A stretch of 64,000 nt of DNA, taken from positions 48,608,001 to 48,672,000 of the forward strand of contig NC_042998.1 of the NCBI RefSeq assembly GCF_006345805.1. Direction: 5' to 3'. Shown piece after piece: positions 12,531-23,458 of the stretch (position 1 is the stretch's first letter; every line of letters starts with the position of its first letter). The notes below the pieces were generated by a model that saw only the letters and a program-made list of their open reading frames with translations, did no database searches and was not told the origin of the DNA. The position numbers were made by a program, and so were the translations under genes. The DNA is from Octopus sinensis (lineage: Eukaryota).

Positions 12531-12775
12531 GTGCAGGCGTTGATGTGTAAGCGTAGGCGTGGCTGTGTAGGCGCAGGCGTAGCTGTGTAGGCGCAGACGT
12601 GGGTGTGTAGGCGCAGGCGTGGCTGTGTGGTAATAAGCTTGCTTTCCAACCATATGGTTCGGGGTTCAGTTCCACTGCTTGAAACTTGGGGCAAGTGTCT
12701 TTTGATACAGCCTCGGGCCGACCAAAGCCTTGTGAGTATATTTGGTGTGCGGAAACTGAAAGAAGCCCATCGTGT
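12531..12775 (+). mobile_element. SINE family B 5' half with five tandem copies of the 20-bp A-box segment
   Basis: GYGYAGRCGTNGNTGTGTAR x5 (12531-12630), then AAGCTTGCTTTCCAACCATATGGTTCGGGGTTCAGTTCC..GGGCAAGTGTCTT..GAAAGAAGCCC. Confidence 0.85.
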
Positions 12776-13044
12776 GTGTGTGTTACTAGATCCACATATT
12801 CGACTAAAAATCTTTTGAGGCGGTTCCCCCGCATATCCCAGTGTAATGATTAAAGCAAAAAATGATTTGGGAAATTGCGTTTTGTGAAAAAAGTTCCACT
12901 CAGAGTGTTCCTGATCCTCGAAGCCTTAGAAATTTTCTTCACAACCGTAGGGTAAAATTGTTTTCCAAAGTTAACAATAATAATATTTTGAGCACATATA
13001 TCCGCTTTTCGCGGTGAAAACCAACTGAGGAGATACTAAAAATA

Positions 13045-13235
13045 ACGTAGATGGGATATGATGCAATCGGAAGACGAGGGAATGAGAAGCAGAAATCAAG
13101 AGAACGATTGATACAACTAAAAAAATCATTGGAGAAAAAGTTGGACATACTAACACGAAAAAACTCCAAAATGGTAATCAGAAAAAGTTTATTAAAACGT
13201 TATGTAGGTTCTACTCGACAATATAGGAGTGAAAC
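13045..13235 (+). mobile_element. RTE-clade LINE fragment (RT C-terminal region)
   Basis: KSRERLIQLKKSLEKKLDILTRKNSKMVIRKSLLKRYVGSTRQYRSET resembles the RTE motif EIKRRI..AF.K...L......RK.LL.CYVWS.LLYG.ET. Confidence 0.6.
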
Positions 13236-13298
13236 ACACATATATATATATATATATTATATATATATATAGCGAGAGAGGGAGAGACAGAGAGAGAC

Positions 13299-13341
<43 letters not shown>

Positions 13342-13344
13342 GAA

Positions 13345-13433
<89 letters not shown>

Positions 13434-14074
13434 ACACTTGCCACTCAGCCAGTATCCTAAACATGATCATATCCTTAATTCGAAGGCTTTATTCAAGTAA
13501 TTAACTTTAGCCATTTCGATGGAATTAATTTCATATTTTTCTGAACATTTTCGAATTTCAAGTGATTACTTATTTATGTAGACTTTAATTATAGTTAATT
13601 AAAACATCTCTATTTGTGAACTATTATTAAATTCTAACACATTACGCCCAAGTGTCATAGCATATAGCATCTGCTCCTATGATTCATGCTGACAAGTGTG
13701 TGGGTGCCAAAGTGGTTGCTTGATTTTCGAAGAAATGGCACAGAAATCTCCTGCAAATCAAACCATACGATCTTTTGAGATAGGGTGAGTGAGTGAGTGG
13801 GTGAGTTAGAGAGGCAGACAGACATATAGATATACAGACAGAGACAGGGTCAGAATTAGACAGACAGACAAAAAGCATTTGATAACCTGTCCTTAAAGTA
13901 CAACGTATGAATAAAAGATAGGTTTGTCACGACCTGCACGTGTATGAGCAAATACAATTATGACCAAAGTTTAATTCTATTGCACCAATAGATAGGCAAA
14001 CACACAGATCGGGACGAATAAAATGACTGATAGATAGCAAGACTGATAGGCAGGCTGATAGACAAAGTGACTGC

Positions 14075-14159
<85 letters not shown>

Positions 14160-14191
14160 TTGATACTCAGTCTTTCTTGCTATTGTTTTTT

Positions 14192-14570
14192 CGGATCTTT
14201 TCGGTTTGAACGGCAGTTTTTTCTAGCGGTGTCATATGAAATTGTCACCCATAATTATGACTCTAGTATCAATCTATTGCATTTCAATCTATTTTAGGGT
14301 TAGGGTTAGGGTTAGGGGTGGAGGGAACGGTATCTTTTTTTCTTCAGAAATGTAAATACACCCATACGGCACAATAGACGTATTTGATTGGTTGAAATTG
14401 CAGAAATTGCAGAAAAAGAACAACAAACATCTTACAAACTATAGAATATTCTCAATAAAGCCAAGAGAAAAAGATGTTTTATAAACACATTCTACCAGTA
14501 TACGAAGTTTAAAATTTTTTAGTTACCTAGAAATTATGTTAAAAACTGCCTTTCAAACCGAAAAGATCCG
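14192..14570. mobile_element. MITE with 29-bp TIRs carrying internal (TTAGGG)4
   Basis: CGGATCTTTTCGGTTTGAACGGCAGTTTT / AAAACTGCCTTTCAAACCGAAAAGATCCG (28/29); TTAGGG x4 at 14294-14317; T-runs on both flanks. Confidence 0.88.
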
Positions 14571-14744
14571 TTTTTTTCTGGAGATTAGGATATATGCCAA
14601 TGTCACAGAAAAGCTAAAATACAAGTAAAATAAAAGGTAAACCAGAACCCACAGACCGTAAGATGTTTAAATATGAATTATGCTAAGCTTCAGATAACTC
14701 TCCGCTTGAGAGGAGCGAGAAATAAATACTTTACGTCTTTTATT

Positions 14745-14945
14745 TAGTATTTGTTTCAGTCATTGAACTGTGGTCATGCTGGAGTCATGCCTTGAAGAGT
14801 TGTCGAGCAAATCGACCCCCAGGACTTATTTTCAAAGTAACGCCATGTACTTATTTATATCGGTCTGTTTTGCCGAACTGCTAAGTTTCGGGGAAGTAAA
14901 CTAACCAATACTGTTCTCAAACACACGGGCAAAGACAAATACACA
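14745..14945 (-). mobile_element. SINE family B 3' half
   Basis: TTGTTTCAGTCATT..CATGCTGGAG..GTCGAGCAAATCGACCCCCAGGACTTATT..TATCGGTCTGTTTTGCCGAACTGCTAAG. Confidence 0.8.
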
Positions 14946-14957
14946 TACATACATACA

Positions 14958-14989
<32 letters not shown>

Positions 14990-15329
14990 CATACAGAAGA
15001 AGAAGAAGAAGAAGAAGAAGAAGAAGAAGAGAAGAAGAAGAAGAAGAAGAAGAAGAAGAAGCTTGGAGAACTTAATAGTGGAAAACAGAAAGACAATAAG
15101 TGTATGCTACCCAACAGATAGCATAAGTAACTGAACAGTTCACCTTGCAGAAATCCTTTCCAGAAAATGCTTCGCTTCGTGGACACCCGTCCGCAATAAT
15201 TAGCAAAAGTTGGCATGCACCATGCGTATACATGCGTATATACACGGTGTTATTGAATCGTGGGTTTTATTTATTTTTATTAAATAACACCGTGTACAAA
15301 CTCTATACTTGGAATGACCATTTTTAAAT

Positions 15330-15590
15330 ACTATTGGAACTTACTCACAAGGTACTGGAATCTTATATGTATACCACTCTGCCTAAATAATGGATCTAAA
15401 GATGCAATATCCCTGCATATCTCACGTCTATTTTCATTACTCCACTTCACTCTCTATTTCATATATTAACTAAAATAACTATTGCTTAACCGTCGTCGAT
15501 GAGGGATATATAAAATATCCCGGAAACAGCTGTGAGGCCATTTATAAATGTTCTAAAATATTTCACAGCCTTAGATTTTTATCTCATTCT
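15330..15590 (+). mobile_element. Penelope-like terminal repeat with degenerate minimal hammerhead
   Basis: TCGATGA-GGGATAT-ATAAA-ATATCCC-GGAA-ACAGCTGT at 15496-15533: perfect 7-bp stem II and palindromic stem III, but the core is mutated. Confidence 0.6.
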
Positions 15591-15647
15591 GAATATATAT
15601 ATTATATATATATATATATATTATATATATATATTATATATATATAT

Positions 15648-15786
15648 ATATCGGTTCGGTCAACGAAATCCATTCACAAGACTTTGGTCTGCCAGAGGCT
15701 ATAGTAGAAGACACTCAGCCAGCGTGCCACGCAGTGGAACTGAAATCGGAACTCGGTAAGTAAACATCTTAACACACAGCCACGAC

Positions 15787-15787
<1 letters not shown>
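15648..15787 (-). mobile_element. SINE family B head
   Basis: AAATCCATTCACAAGACTTTGGTCTGCCAGAGGCTATAGTAGAAGACAC..GTGCCACGCAGTGG..ACACAGCCACGAC. Confidence 0.75.
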
Positions 15788-15821
<34 letters not shown>

Positions 15822-16217
15822 CAAATATTATTACCCTCCCATGCTTACATTAGCTCCTATTAAAACGCTCAGAGTAATTGAATTCTATGAAACCATTTCA
15901 ACCTAGATACACAAATATTTAATACACAATTATACATGTCGGTATAATCACGCACATACAAGCAAACATACACACACACACACAACACACAAGCAAACAA
16001 ATTCAACCGTTTGACAAGCCCTCTTTACCATAGCTAGCTTCGCTAACTCCTCTTTATATTTTCCCTTGGCAAGAATTTCTCAATCAGTCGTATTCGTCAT
16101 ATCCCAAAAGGCATTACAGACCGACTTTATTACGAACCAAGCTAATAACTCAACAACAAACTATTATATCTTTTACTTGTTTCAGTTATTAGACTGCGGT
16201 CATGATGGAGGACCGCA

Positions 16218-16910
16218 TGTACAGCGGGCAAAGGGGATCTTTCCGCTGTACAAGAGTGAATCCTGGAACAGCACGGAAAGGACCAGTAACAAGATAGATA
16301 AGGCCAACTCTTGATATGACAAAAAAAAATACCAGTGTCATGTTCGTTGATGCTAACCCTCGCGGCGAACTGGCACACCGTTTTAGAAAGACATTAAGTA
16401 AGGCTAATCTACGAATTAAAGTAGTAGAGAGGCCTGGTGACTCTTTAAAATCTCTGATCTGCAATACCTATCCATTTGAATAAGTCCCCCTGTATGGAGT
16501 ACAAGTGTGATGTATGTAGGATGAACCTACAGTTAACTGTAAGGTTAGGAATGTAGTGTATAGCTTACGATGTACTGACGACGGTGCAGAAACATGACAA
16601 CTACCTACATAGGAGAGACTGCATGCAGCATAGGAGAGTATATATAAAACCAGAAGTGGCTCTAACGTAAGTAGCATTCATTTTTTTAAGTCGGTCAATT
16701 TTTCCCAACTGATCAATAGGCCAATTGAGTAAACCAATCAGCAACGTACCTATGAGGGTTACTGAAAACTGTTGTAAGCTCTAATAAAGGAAAAATATGT
16801 AATAACTATTAGTTATACCTTGTCATATAATATATCGGTTGGAGCCCTCTATCATGGTAACGCGTGCTGAGGAAGGTGAGGTTATTATGCCAATCCAGAA
16901 ACCGTCCCAA
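16218..16910 (+). mobile_element. Penelope-like element 3' part (linker, GIY-YIG endonuclease, 3' repeat)
   Basis: SVMFVDANPRGELAHRFRKTLSKANLRIKVVERPGDSLKSL, CMEYKCDVC, NCKVRNVVYSLRC..TYIGETACSIGE. CTGAGGA..GAAACCGTC at 16867-16906. Confidence 0.85.
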
Positions 16911-17086
16911 TTGAGTCCAAATACTTGAATGTATGTTGAGAGATTGTCTTGGCCCGTTTGCCTTCGGACGGTTAATTTCTGTAGTTAATATCAGTGTATT
17001 TCGGCGATTTAAATAAGAGTTTTGATTGTTATTTCCAGCAGGTAAACATACTTAGAATGTCCTTTGAATAATTTTTATTATATATA

Positions 17087-17255
17087 TATACGACAGGCTT
17101 CTTTCAGTTTTCGCATTACCAAATCCACTCAGAAGGCTTTGGCCAGTCTGAGGCTATATAGAAGACACTTGCCCAAGGTAGCACGCAGAGGGAATGACCT
17201 CAGAATCATGTGGATATGAAGGAAGCTTTTTACCACATAGCCACGACTGCGCCTA
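17087..17255 (-). mobile_element. SINE family B head/core
   Basis: CGACAGGCTTCTTTCAGTTTTC..CCAAATCCACTCA..GAAGACACTTGCCCAAGG..ACCACATAGCCACGACTGCGCCT. Confidence 0.8.
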
Positions 17256-17796
17256 TTTATAGTTTTTTTCTTCCTTCTTAATATGAATATATTTAATGTC
17301 CCTTCAATTTCAAAAAAAACTATACACCAACGTTTAATATGATATAAGATAATAAAGGCTAATATTCCTAATTACCCAACCCATCTCATTAAAACAGTAA
17401 ATATTGATATTTACTGTTTGTAAGGATTTTCTCTTCTTTTTTTTTTTCTAATACAAATAACCTACATATTCTGTATCCTGGTTCATTTGTTGCATGATGA
17501 AACTCCCATCATATTTTAAAATCACTTTTGTTCTATACTTTGTATTGAGGTTTTCTTATCCTTTGTTGGTATACAACACATTCCAAACCTAATATTCATG
17601 TATATGAGCAAGTGCGTGTGTAATCGCGTACGTAAAATGTGTTTTCGAACGAATCCAAATTATTTTAGGCGAAGTCCGTGTTATAATAAAACATGCACGC
17701 ATACACACAGGAACACACACGCGCACATCAGTAAGCGCGCAAGTGTGTGTCTATTCAAACTCACACCACACACACAGAGGCATACATAGATGTGTG

Positions 17797-17837
<41 letters not shown>

Positions 17838-18056
17838 AAGGTTTGGAGATGATGTACAGGTATTATATATTAGAAGAAATGAGGTAATCAGAAGATCGGA
17901 TGGTTTTATTTACAGATATTTATATATATATTACATTTTTTACATATATATCATATCACTTAGATCATTAGCGCTTTCTCCCATTCTAGTGGGGTTTTCA
18001 AATCAATATATATATATATATATATTATATATATTAGAGAGAGATATCTATAGAGG

Positions 18057-18109
<53 letters not shown>

Positions 18110-18189
18110 AATCATTACATAATTAATGCATTTTTTTATACTTCTTTTTTTTTTAAATTAATATAAAGTTTTTCTTTAATTTAAAATAT

Positions 18190-18275
18190 ACTGTGTTTCA
18201 TTTTCTACAATGCTCTTCCATCTATCTGGGAGACTTGCAAGACCACACTAATAAAATTCACTTGTCCGTGTCTAC
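18190..18275 (-). mobile_element. Mariner transposase C-terminal fragment
   Basis: GLASLPDRWKSIVENETQY resembles the mariner end motif GI.KLP.RW..VV...G.Y. Confidence 0.55.
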
Positions 18276-18289
18276 AGAATTCATATTTC

Positions 18290-18570
18290 CCCCATCCATT
18301 CTGGTGGCTCTAAAGCTTTTGATTTCAATGGTGATGGGACGCCGCCACTTGGTACTGTCTCGGACTTGAGTTTCAAATTATTTAGGCTCAACTCCAGTGG
18401 CCTTTAAAGTTGCTTTGAACTGGTTCTTGTATCTTCGAAGAGGACAACCCTGTGGATGTCTTCTGGAAGTGAGCTCACTGAATAAGATTTGCCGTGGGAA
18501 CCTTGACTCTTCCATTCTTGCTGCATGCCCTGACCATCGAAGACGGTGTTTCATGATCAGAATTTATAAA
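18290..18570 (-). mobile_element. RTE/BovB-like LINE C-terminal fragment
   Basis: MKHRLRWSGHAARMEESRFPRQILFSELTSRRHPQGCPLRRYKNQFKATLK..RDSTKWRR. Confidence 0.85.
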
Positions 18571-19554
18571 CTTTGAAGGAACACGATATAATTCTTTTTT
18601 AAATAATAGCATGTAGATATTGGAGTAAAAACCCTACAGATTAAAAAAAAAACATTGTCGAAGGCTACCCGAAGGAAAAGAAGCTATCTGACTTGTAGAT
18701 AATACAGGCATTCTACCGTAGGACTAAAATAATCAATGGAACTGGTCTATCCTTTTTACAAACGTTATTCTTACCAGCTGTACCTAAAATAAGAAATTCG
18801 AAGGATTGCATTGATTCAATAATAGAAGTACTGTCATATTAACAGATGTGGCTTCGTGCCCCACGGATAGCCTTCAACAAAGGGTTTTCTATCCCAATAT
18901 TTACACGCCATTATTCGTAGCATCATTTGTTTCGAGTTAAACCGTACTCCCAGCATTGCCACAGCCTTAAGGCTGAAACGAATAAAAATAAAATAATATA
19001 TATATAAATGTACTATATGTATATATGTATGTCTGAAGACGGAGAGAAAATCGTCTAGAGAGAGAGACATAAACTAATTCGAAAGAAGAATGAAAAAGGT
19101 AAAGAAATACGAAACAAAGGGAATAAAAGGAAAACAGAAAGCAAATAGATATTTTGGGCTATTTATCCCCAAGTCGGCTCTGGCCGATTAGGCATAAGAT
19201 CAAAGGTGCTCCAGAGTAATTATATTTTGGTAATTGGAAAGATCAATATCTTCTATTGACTGTCAGTTTCATCTCGCGAACCTTCAGATTGTAGAATTGG
19301 AGCCATCTCTGGCTGCATGTATGTACGTATATATCTATATCTATATATATATATTATAATATATATATATTACGTGTGTGTTTGTAGATTTGCAAAACAC
19401 ACACCACACACATATATATATATAATATATATATATATATATACACATATAACATTCATACAAACATACATACATACATATATACATATATACATACATA
19501 CATACATACACTACATACATACACACAACATACATACATACATACATACATACA

Positions 19555-19585
<31 letters not shown>

Positions 19586-19794
19586 CTATGTACGTACTAC
19601 CCCAACTGTCACATACAAAGCCCTCATATAGACAATCGCTCACTCTCAGGCTCTTTCCTCCACGCACCCTCACTAATTCCATCCCATTGATAACTCACCG
19701 GCACCCATACCCTACAACCCCCTCAACCTCAACCAAAAACTAACTTTATCGTAATTGTGTCTATATTCTCAAGAGAAAATTCTTCTTCTTCTTC

Positions 19795-19843
<49 letters not shown>

Positions 19844-19852
19844 TATTGTTAC

Positions 19853-19917
<65 letters not shown>

Positions 19918-19919
19918 TT

Positions 19920-20460
19920 TTATCCTATTGTCATTGTTCACACCACTACCGAGCGTAGCTTAATGTGACTTGCTTACGTGCAGTGCACGATTTGGTTTTG
20001 TCAATTGCACTGTATTGAAAGTACCCTGCGTAATATGAGGGCTGGTTGCATAATATGGGGGTAAGGGCTTGTCTAGGTATTTGTCTGTATGTTTATGATC
20101 ATTCTTAAAGCATCTATTACTATAGGGGTTGTTTGTTATCAGGCCTCACATTCTGATTATTTCTATTTCTAGATCTTTATATAAAACAAATTCCACCATA
20201 AGCGATATCCAAGCTACAGTGAAAAAAGCAAGCAACTGGATTTGGTTAAAAAGAGACGATGAGCAATGGCAAAAAGAATATTGAGCGTAACCTGATAACC
20301 AGTTGATCTAGGAAGCGGGGCCTCATTTCAGGGGGCCGGTGCGCAATGATGCCGTCGAGAGGTAGGCTCCGAAACGGCGTGCATTCTCTCCTGATGACCT
20401 CATAAACTTACTAGTATCCGGTATGCGGAACTTTCAACTAGTACAACTTGCATTTGCAAG
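19920..20460 (+). mobile_element. 3' end of a REL-type non-LTR retrotransposon, HERO-like, plus 3' UTR
   Basis: 20183-20284 encodes KTNSTISDIQATVKKASNWIWLKRDDEQWQKEY*, like the A.KAS.W.WLKR...W C-terminus I associate with HERO/NeSL-group elements. Upstream decayed ..GVRG..S....SFLKHL. Confidence 0.55.
20345..20403 (+). ncRNA. Candidate hammerhead ribozyme with non-circularly permuted strand order
   Basis: ATGCCGT-C-GAGAG ... GAA-ACGGCGT ... CTCTC-CTGATGA. Stem III is 7 bp, stem I 5-6 bp, with GUC site, GAAA and CUGAUGA exact; stem II is defective in this copy. Confidence 0.45.
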
Positions 20461-20481
20461 TAGTTTGCAAAAAATACTCAT

Positions 20482-20644
20482 AGGCGTAGGAGTGGCTGTG
20501 TGGTAAGTAAATTGCTTACCAACCACATGGTTACGGGTTCAGTCCCACTGCGTGGCACTTTGGGTAAGTGTCTTCTACTATATCCTCGGGCCGACCAACC
20601 AAAGCCTTGGAAACTGAAAGAAGCCCGTCATATATATGTGTACA

Positions 20645-20676
<32 letters not shown>

Positions 20677-20899
20677 TCTGTGTTTGTGTCTGTGTTTGTC
20701 CCCCCAACATCGCTTGACAACCGATGCTGGTGTGTTTACGTCCCCGTAACTTAGCGGTTCGGCAAAAGAGACCGATAGAATAAGTACTAGGGTTACAAAA
20801 AATAAGTCCTGGGGTCTATTTGCTCGAGTAAAGGCGGTACTCCAGCATGGCCGCATTCAAATGAATGAAACAAGTAAAACAGTAAAAAGAGAGAGTAAA
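20482..20899 (+). mobile_element. SINE family B, full length (tRNA head, core-like segment, internal TG microsatellite, tail)
   Basis: AGGCGTAGGAGTGGCTGTGTGGTAAG..GGGTTCAGTCCC..TTGGGTAAGTGTCTTCTACTATA..(TG)n..CTTAGCGGTTCGGCAAAAGAG..GAAACAAGTAAAA. Confidence 0.92.
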
Positions 20900-21860
20900 A
20901 AGTATGTTATCCTTTGTCAGAATTTGTATTCTGATTTAGATGCATTTTCTTTTTTTGGCTGGTGTTCCTTGATAACAATAGCTAGCCAAATAACCTCGAT
21001 CTCTCTGTGTGTATTGACATATCCCAGCGTATTGATGCTTTCTTCGAAATCTTGTATATACTCCTGTTTTTGTTTTCTGTTGGTATTTCATAGTGCTTGC
21101 CTAAATTCCAGTGTATGTAAGTTTCAACTCTATCATGCGTGGACATGAATTCTTAGCTAAGACTGGGCAACCAAAAATAATGAGATTCTTTTTAATCACA
21201 TCATGTTCTTCAGTAGCTGTATACTGCTTTAATATTATATGAATTTGGTTTCTGGTGACGCTGATTTTGACCCTACTCTTCATTTAAGTTCTTTTCAATA
21301 GTCGCTTTGAGTCCTGCACTTTTCAACATGCATTGAAATTTTTCTGCATTTTTCTTCAAATCTGTTCAGCTTTTTCTGATCATGTTGCGGATTTTCTTGT
21401 TTTATCATGGTTTCCTGATAGCTTCGATTTAAGCTTAGATTTTGAGTGCTTCACGATTTCTGCTAGTTCTCCATTCCCTTTATATTTATATATTATATCA
21501 GCATCTGCTTTGTTTACTACTTGTTGGTTTCCTAGGAGGCAGAAATAGTTTTTTTTTTGTCCATGTTTCAAGGCAATTTGTATTGATTTTCAGTGATTCT
21601 GTACGAAATATATTTGTTTCCTAGAAACAATATTTTGTAATAATTTTCTAGTTGTTTAAGGCCCCCACTGCTTTGTATTCATTGGTAAATACAATTTTTC
21701 TACATCAAATTTTGGGCTGTGTGTCCTAAATAGAGACATTAATTTCTTTCCTTTCCAGTCAAGTTTTGTTCGTTCGTTTAGCTTCAAATGGAAATTTATA
21801 ACTGTAACTTATTAATGGGACACCTAGAGTATTGATCCCGATTATTATATATTTTACATC
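20900..21860 (-). mobile_element. Decayed R4/Dong-type retrotransposon (thumb to REL region)
   Basis: Minus-strand remnants across frameshifts: KLMSLFRTHSPKFDVEKLYLP..GLKQLENYYK, IIFGCPVLAK, STHDRV, and a degenerate ICQYT/LWD.P-type region toward 20950. Confidence 0.75.
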
Positions 21861-22114
21861 TTGCATTATTAACATTGAGATGGCAGAAATGTTAGCGCTT
21901 GGGAAAGACTGCATTGCAGTATCCGTTTCCGAGTTTTTACCGAGTTCATATGCTGCCTAAGTCAACTATTCTTTCATGCTTCTAGGATCTATAAAATAAA
22001 AGAACCAGTCAACGTCCGAAGTTAATTTTATCGAGTAACCCCACCCTTCAGACTTGTTAGCCTTGCGCCCAAATTAGAAAACATAATCGTTGTTGTTGCT
22101 GTTATCATCATCAT

Positions 22115-22308
22115 TAAGGCGACGAGCTGGCAGAAACGTCAGCATGCCTGATGAAATGCATACCGACATTTCGTCCGTCTTTACATTCTGAGCTCAATTT
22201 CCGCCGAGGTCGATTTTGCCTTGCAGTCTTTCTGGGTCAATAAAATAAATACCAGTTGGGCACAGGGTGGTGGGTCGATGTAATTACTGGCTTTGTGCTA
22301 AAATTTGA
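22115..22308 (+). mobile_element. SINE family A (A2 tail)
   Basis: AAGGCGACGAGCTGGCAGAAACGTCAGCATGCC..CCGCCGAGGTCGATTTTGCC..TTGTGCTAAAATTTGAAAC then (ATT)n. Confidence 0.8.
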
Positions 22309-22327
22309 AACTATTATTATTATTATT

Positions 22328-22881
22328 GATTGAGAGATCAGCGCATGCCATCAAAGTGATACTGGAGTAAAATATACGAAGCCCAGTATACCCATCATGA
22401 CTACCCGTCTGATAAGGGCACACAAGGCACATGCATCACAACCATATGTGCGCGACATGGTGATCTCATATCAAGATAAACCGCACATGACCTTGCAGGT
22501 GGAGCCAAGCTAGAATTTTCTTCTGGTCGAGTAGTCTATCCCGCTCAAAAGGTCCTTGAGTAAGGATTGTTTAAGGATGTTGTACGAACCACCCATGTTT
22601 CCAAAAGTGAATTACCCAAACCTCCAAGAATTCCTTTCAACACACGGCTATGATGGTCCCCCACTACTTCTGCTTGTGGTCAGAGATGCACATATCGTCA
22701 GCCACTAAGGGATATGCTCGACTGGTTAAGGTCAAACAACTGACAAGCAAATCTGTGGTATTGAGCAAAATATTTGCTGTGGTCCATCTTTTATACCAAG
22801 AGAAAATAATGTACATAATAACACTTCCAATCAGTTAATACCAGAAGCCATGAGAGCCACTGTCTGGTACTACATCAGGGC

Positions 22882-22884
<3 letters not shown>
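22328..22884 (-). mobile_element. Non-coding ~555-bp element (family C) bounded by (TAA)n on both sides
   Basis: ~90% similar to 43932-44384; no ORF, tRNA head or TIR; ATT arrays at both junctions. Confidence 0.8.
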
Positions 22885-22945
<61 letters not shown>

Positions 22946-22946
<1 letters not shown>

Positions 22947-23415
22947 TATGTTTGACTTTTGCTTTATGTCTGTACAAGTTGGCTCCAAGTCTCACCCAGA
23001 GACCTCAAGAGACAACAGGTTGGAAGTTCTGTACCATATATTTGGGTTTTTTTTTTTTTTTGGTGTTGTACTAGTGAATGTCTAATACATAAAAATAAAA
23101 TTAAAAAGAAAAAAAAAAGTTTGTTTTAAACCTTGGGATTACATAGAGAGTATTTTGTGTAGGATATGAGCAGTTCCCATGAGCACTATCTTTTGAATTT
23201 CTGCCATTTTGGGGTTTCCTGGTATCTGAGTTAGGAAGCAATCAGTCCCTTTCGCTATCATTCCCAGGGCACCTATGACAACAGGTATTGTTTTAGTCTT
23301 CAGCTTCCACATTTTGCTGATTTCTATTTCAAGATCTTTATATTTGCTCAGTTTTTGGTAGGTCTTGACAGATACGTTTATATCGATTGGGACAGTCATA
23401 TCAATGAGGAGGCAT
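22946..23415 (-). mobile_element. 5'-truncated R4/Dong-type retrotransposon (REL C-terminus + 3' UTR) inserted in (TAA)n
   Basis: Uninterrupted CLLIDMTVPIDINVSVKTYQKLSKYKDLEIEISKMWKLKTKTIPVVIGALGMI..IQKIVLMGTAHILHKILSM*; AAT repeats at both ends. Confidence 0.9.
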
Positions 23416-23458
23416 ATTATTATTATTATTATCATCATCATTATTATTATTATTCATT

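Noticed and set aside
14294-14317. True telomere or fusion site
   Set aside because: Only four units, lying inside a TIR-bounded element.
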